This document shows, in pieces, positions 62,901 to 64,000 of a DNA stretch of 64,000 bases. Every line of letters begins with the position of its first letter. The stretch's first letter is position 1. This stretch comes from an uncultured Gemmatimonadales bacterium (GTDB lineage Bacteria; Gemmatimonadota; Gemmatimonadetes; Longimicrobiales; Longimicrobiaceae). The translations under genes and the position numbers were made by a program. Under the pieces are notes generated by a model. The model was not told the DNA's origin. It saw nothing but the letters and a program-made list of their open reading frames with translations, and did not search any database. Location: NCBI GenBank assembly GCA_963716255.1, contig OY970303.1, forward strand, positions 2,944,001-3,008,000. Direction: 5' to 3'.

Positions 62901-64000
62901 ATCCAGCGGTGCTGCCAGGCGGCGTAGTCCGCGTACTGCACGGGGAGCGGCTCGAGCGCCGGCGCGCGCCCCTCCGCGGAGGCCGCGTACAGCTCGCTCA
63001 CCTCGCGCGTGAGCACGCCGACGCTCCACCCGTCGCTCACCGCGTGGTGAAGGGTGAAGAGCACGGCCCGGTCCTCGTCGCCCAGGTGGAGCAGCGTGCT
63101 CCGCAGCAGCGGCCCCGCGCCCAGGTCGAAGGGGCGCAGCGCCTCCTCGCCGGCCAGCCGCAGCGCCTCGCGCCCGGCGCGGTCCGCGGGCAGGGCGGCC
63201 AGGTCCACCACGGGCAGCGGCACGGGCGCCGGCGGACGGACCCGCTGCACCGGCTCGCCGCCGCTCGCGGGGAAGACGGTGCGCAGCGCCTCGTGGCGCT
63301 CGGCCAGCGCGGCGAGCGCCCGCGCCAGGGCGCGCGGGCGCAGCGGGCCGCGCACGCGCAGCGCGGTGGGGACGTTGTAGGCGGGGCTCCCCGGCTGGAG
63401 CTGGTCCACCACCCACAGGCGGCGCTGCCCGAAGGAGAGCGGGAGAGACCCGCCGCGCGGCACCGGGACCACGGGCGGGACGCGCACCCCGGCGCCCTCG
63501 CGCAGCACCTCGTCCACGCGCAGCGCCAGGTCGGCGAGCACCGGCGCCTCGAACACCGCGCGCAGCGGCACCTCCGCTCCGAACGCCTCGCGCAGGCGCG
63601 ACGCCACCCGCGTGGCCAGCAGCGAGTGGCCGCCCAGCGCGAAGAAGTCGTCCGCGGCGCCCACCCGCTCCACGCCCAGCACCTCCGCCCACACGCCCGC
63701 CAGCACCTCCTCCGTCTGGGTCCGCGGCGCGACGTGGACGCCGGCCTCGCCGGGCGCGCCGGGCGCGGGGAGGGCGCGGCGGTCGACCTTGCCGCGCGGC
63801 GTCAGCGGCATGGCCTCCAGCACCACCAGCGCGCCGGGGATCATGTACTCGGGGAGCCGCCCGGCGAGCCAGCCCCGCAGCTCCGCCGGGGCGAGGGACG
63901 CGCCGGCCCGCGCCGTGACGTAGCCCACCAGCCGCCGGTCGCCCGGGGCGGCCTCCCGCACCACCGCGACGGCCTCGCGCACCCCCGGGTGCGACGCCAG
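56903..64000 (-). CDS. NRPS ('A'), 5'-partial: (A end)-T-C-A-T-C-A-T
   Basis: Frame is open to the window edge; three GGHSL and two HHxxSDGWS motifs. Codes read by eye: DAWFLGGTFK (aliphatic) and an atypical DAMHVGG.. domain. Confidence 0.96.
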   Translation of the reverse strand: MASHPGVREAVAVVREAAPGDRRLVGYVTARAGASLAPAELRGWLAGRLPEYMIPGALVVLEAMPLTPRGKVDRRALPAPGAPGEAGVHVAPRTQTEEVLAGVWAEVLGVERVGAADDFFALGGHSLLATRVASRLREAFGAEVPLRAVFEAPVLADLALRVDEVLREGAGVRVPPVVPVPRGGSLPLSFGQRRLWVVDQLQPGSPAYNVPTALRVRGPLRPRALARALAALAERHEALRTVFPASGGEPVQRVRPPAPVPLPVVDLAALPADRAGREALRLAGEEALRPFDLGAGPLLRSTLLHLGDEDRAVLFTLHHAVSDGWSVGVLTREVSELYAASAEGRAPALEPLPVQYADYAAWQHRWMSGEALDAQLAWWRGRLEGAPPLLELPVDRPRPARPDGRGAAVRVELPAALSERVRARARQRGATPFMALLAAWQALLARWSGVDDVVVGTPVAGRDRPEVEGLIGFFVNTLALRARVPADETFEGLLGRVREDVLGAFAHQDLPFERLVEALAPDREAGHTPLFQAIFALQTADAGELSLGGARVEPFGGGAAAAKYDLALELTDAGGRFAGGIVFRTELFDADTAGRLAARYAALLEGALADPGRRLADIPLFTPGERRVLVEEWGAPGATPAPAHTVPGLFAAQAARTPDAAALSFGGAATTYAELDRRSAALARELAARGVGPDARVGLCAERSAEMVVGMLAILRAGGAYLPLDPQYPAERLAYMLDDAGARVLLTDGAAGNRLAGFAGEVVALETPLPPAPSPARGEGEHDTPEAEGREALPQDWGRVASLGEPGGGALAAASEGSVSPESLACVIYTSGSTGTPKGVAVPHRGIVRLVRGADFAQFGPGDRVAQLANPVFDAATWEIWGALLNGGCVVGIDRETVLDPWELAEALRREGVTGAFLTATLFNQTVREVPDAFATVTHLLVGGEALDPPSLRACLEAGPPRRLVNGYGPTENTTFSTWHPVERVAEDAWTVPIGRPIAGSTAYVLDAAMEPAPVGWPGELCVGGLGVARGYLKRPDATAERFVPDPFAAEPRGGSRLYRTGDRARWSARGEIEFLGRMDQQVKVRGFRIEPGEIEAALAAHPAVREAAVAVRGEGAGRRLAGYVTVAEGEPAVGAGAALRAWLAERLPEYMVPAVVVVLETLPLTPGGKLDRQALPEVEAGEDAGAWVAPRTPMEEILAGIWGTVLDVERVGANGNFFELGGHSLLATVAISRVSEAFGVELPLRALFEAPTVAQMAERVAEAWRAGVAPPPPILPVPRGSDVPVSFAQRRLWLIDRLEPGTSAWNMPFPLRLRGALDVRVLERALAELVRRHESLRTVFPDVDGEPVQRILPAGPRPLAVVDLRCLPDGAREAAGRRLAGEEAARPFELARGPLLRSVLLRTTDEDWALLLTLHHIVSDGWSMQVLLREVSALYGAGVRGGPSPLPELPVQYADYAAWQRGWLTGGTLEAQLAFWRGALAGAPPLLELPAGRPRPLVQRHRGASRALHLPAALSDAVRALGREEGTTPFMTLLAAFAALLARYTGETDVVVGTPIAGRTRPETEGMIGYFLNTLALRTDVGGDPTFRELLGRVREATLGAYAHQDVPFEQLLEELAPARSLSHAPVFQVMFNFLNFADAGPTALPGVEMEMLGGGQAPARYDWNLYARETAGGIGLELVYDADLFEDARMGEALAHLAALLEAVVERPGLRVSDLPLAAPGARRAPGLPEDGRTFLPWAEDAAEQTLHARFAAQARLHPERLAVRTPRHSLTYAELDRAAGRAAAALLRASPGAGERAALLFAHDAPMLVGILGALRAGKAYVPLDPGQPRERSAGVLEDSGAAVLLADAEHAGRARELAAGRVPVVVLDDGAPEDEPPPPPPAGSPDGLAYLLYTSGSTGRPKGVAQSHRNVLHFIRAYTHNLRIGPDDVLTLFSSYTFDAAVMAIWGALLNGASLRPFDWRAEPAGDAAEWMRREGITLYHSTPTVFRHLAGALDGDEAFPAVRVVVLGGEEAQRRDWEAFRRHFPAGAVLVNGLGPTESTVTLQAFLDHEHGPRGAVLPVGLPVRDTDVLLVGAAGEQPAVYGAGEIVVRGAHLALGYWGRPETTAAAFVPDPAGGPLRAYRTGDLGRRLPDGSLEFLGRSDFQVKVRGVRVEPGEVEAALRAHPAVREVVVAPRADASGERRLVAWLVPAAPGGAPAAAELRGWARERVPEHMVPAAFVAVEALPLTSTGKVDRLALPDPEPAEARGYTAPRGVIEEMLAGIFAEVLKLERVGVHDDFFDLGGHSLLATQVVARVRTAMGVELPLRALFEAPSVAELAERALAAAPAAVVDDRQVDEEMEKLAAMSDEEVMRLLRATES
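61574..61705 (-). repeat. Family B full copy in frame within an A domain (NRPS A)
   Basis: Closely matches the intergenic copy 19640-19770; encodes ETPLPPAPSPARGEGEHDTPEAEGREALPQDWGRVASLGEPGGG. Confidence 0.93.

Overview
Very GC-rich bacterial DNA. The gene style suggests Gemmatimonadota/Longimicrobiales, but that is inference only. Bases 1-19.9 kb hold about 20 small accessory genes: a PLP-decarboxylase 3' end, two GNATs, MmcQ/YjbR, DUF1684, zinc-ribbon proteins, YdeI/OmpD, an RCC1-repeat protein, an M20 peptidase, VOC, SIMPL, HExxH and DUF885-like lipoproteins, cytochrome c and an aldo/keto reductase. This part ends in a three-gene unit: a putative papain-like Cys enzyme plus two exported stand-alone paralogues of its own N-terminal domain. 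Bases 19.95-64 kb are the 3' part of a minus-strand NRPS assembly line: 5 genes, 13 complete C-A-T modules plus one partial module, a terminal TE, and no E or MT domains seen. Main observations: (i) a REP-like palindromic element that also occurs intergenically is inserted in frame at the same loop of 5 A domains; (ii) two other dispersed structured repeat families show covarying stems and share a GYNGTWT heptaloop; (iii) recent NRPS duplications copied a docking junction and left the A-domain specificity subdomain divergent; (iv) the enzyme/prodomain-paralogue triplet may be a peptidase-inhibitor or toxin-immunity system. All family names and A-domain codes were read by eye; no searches were run.
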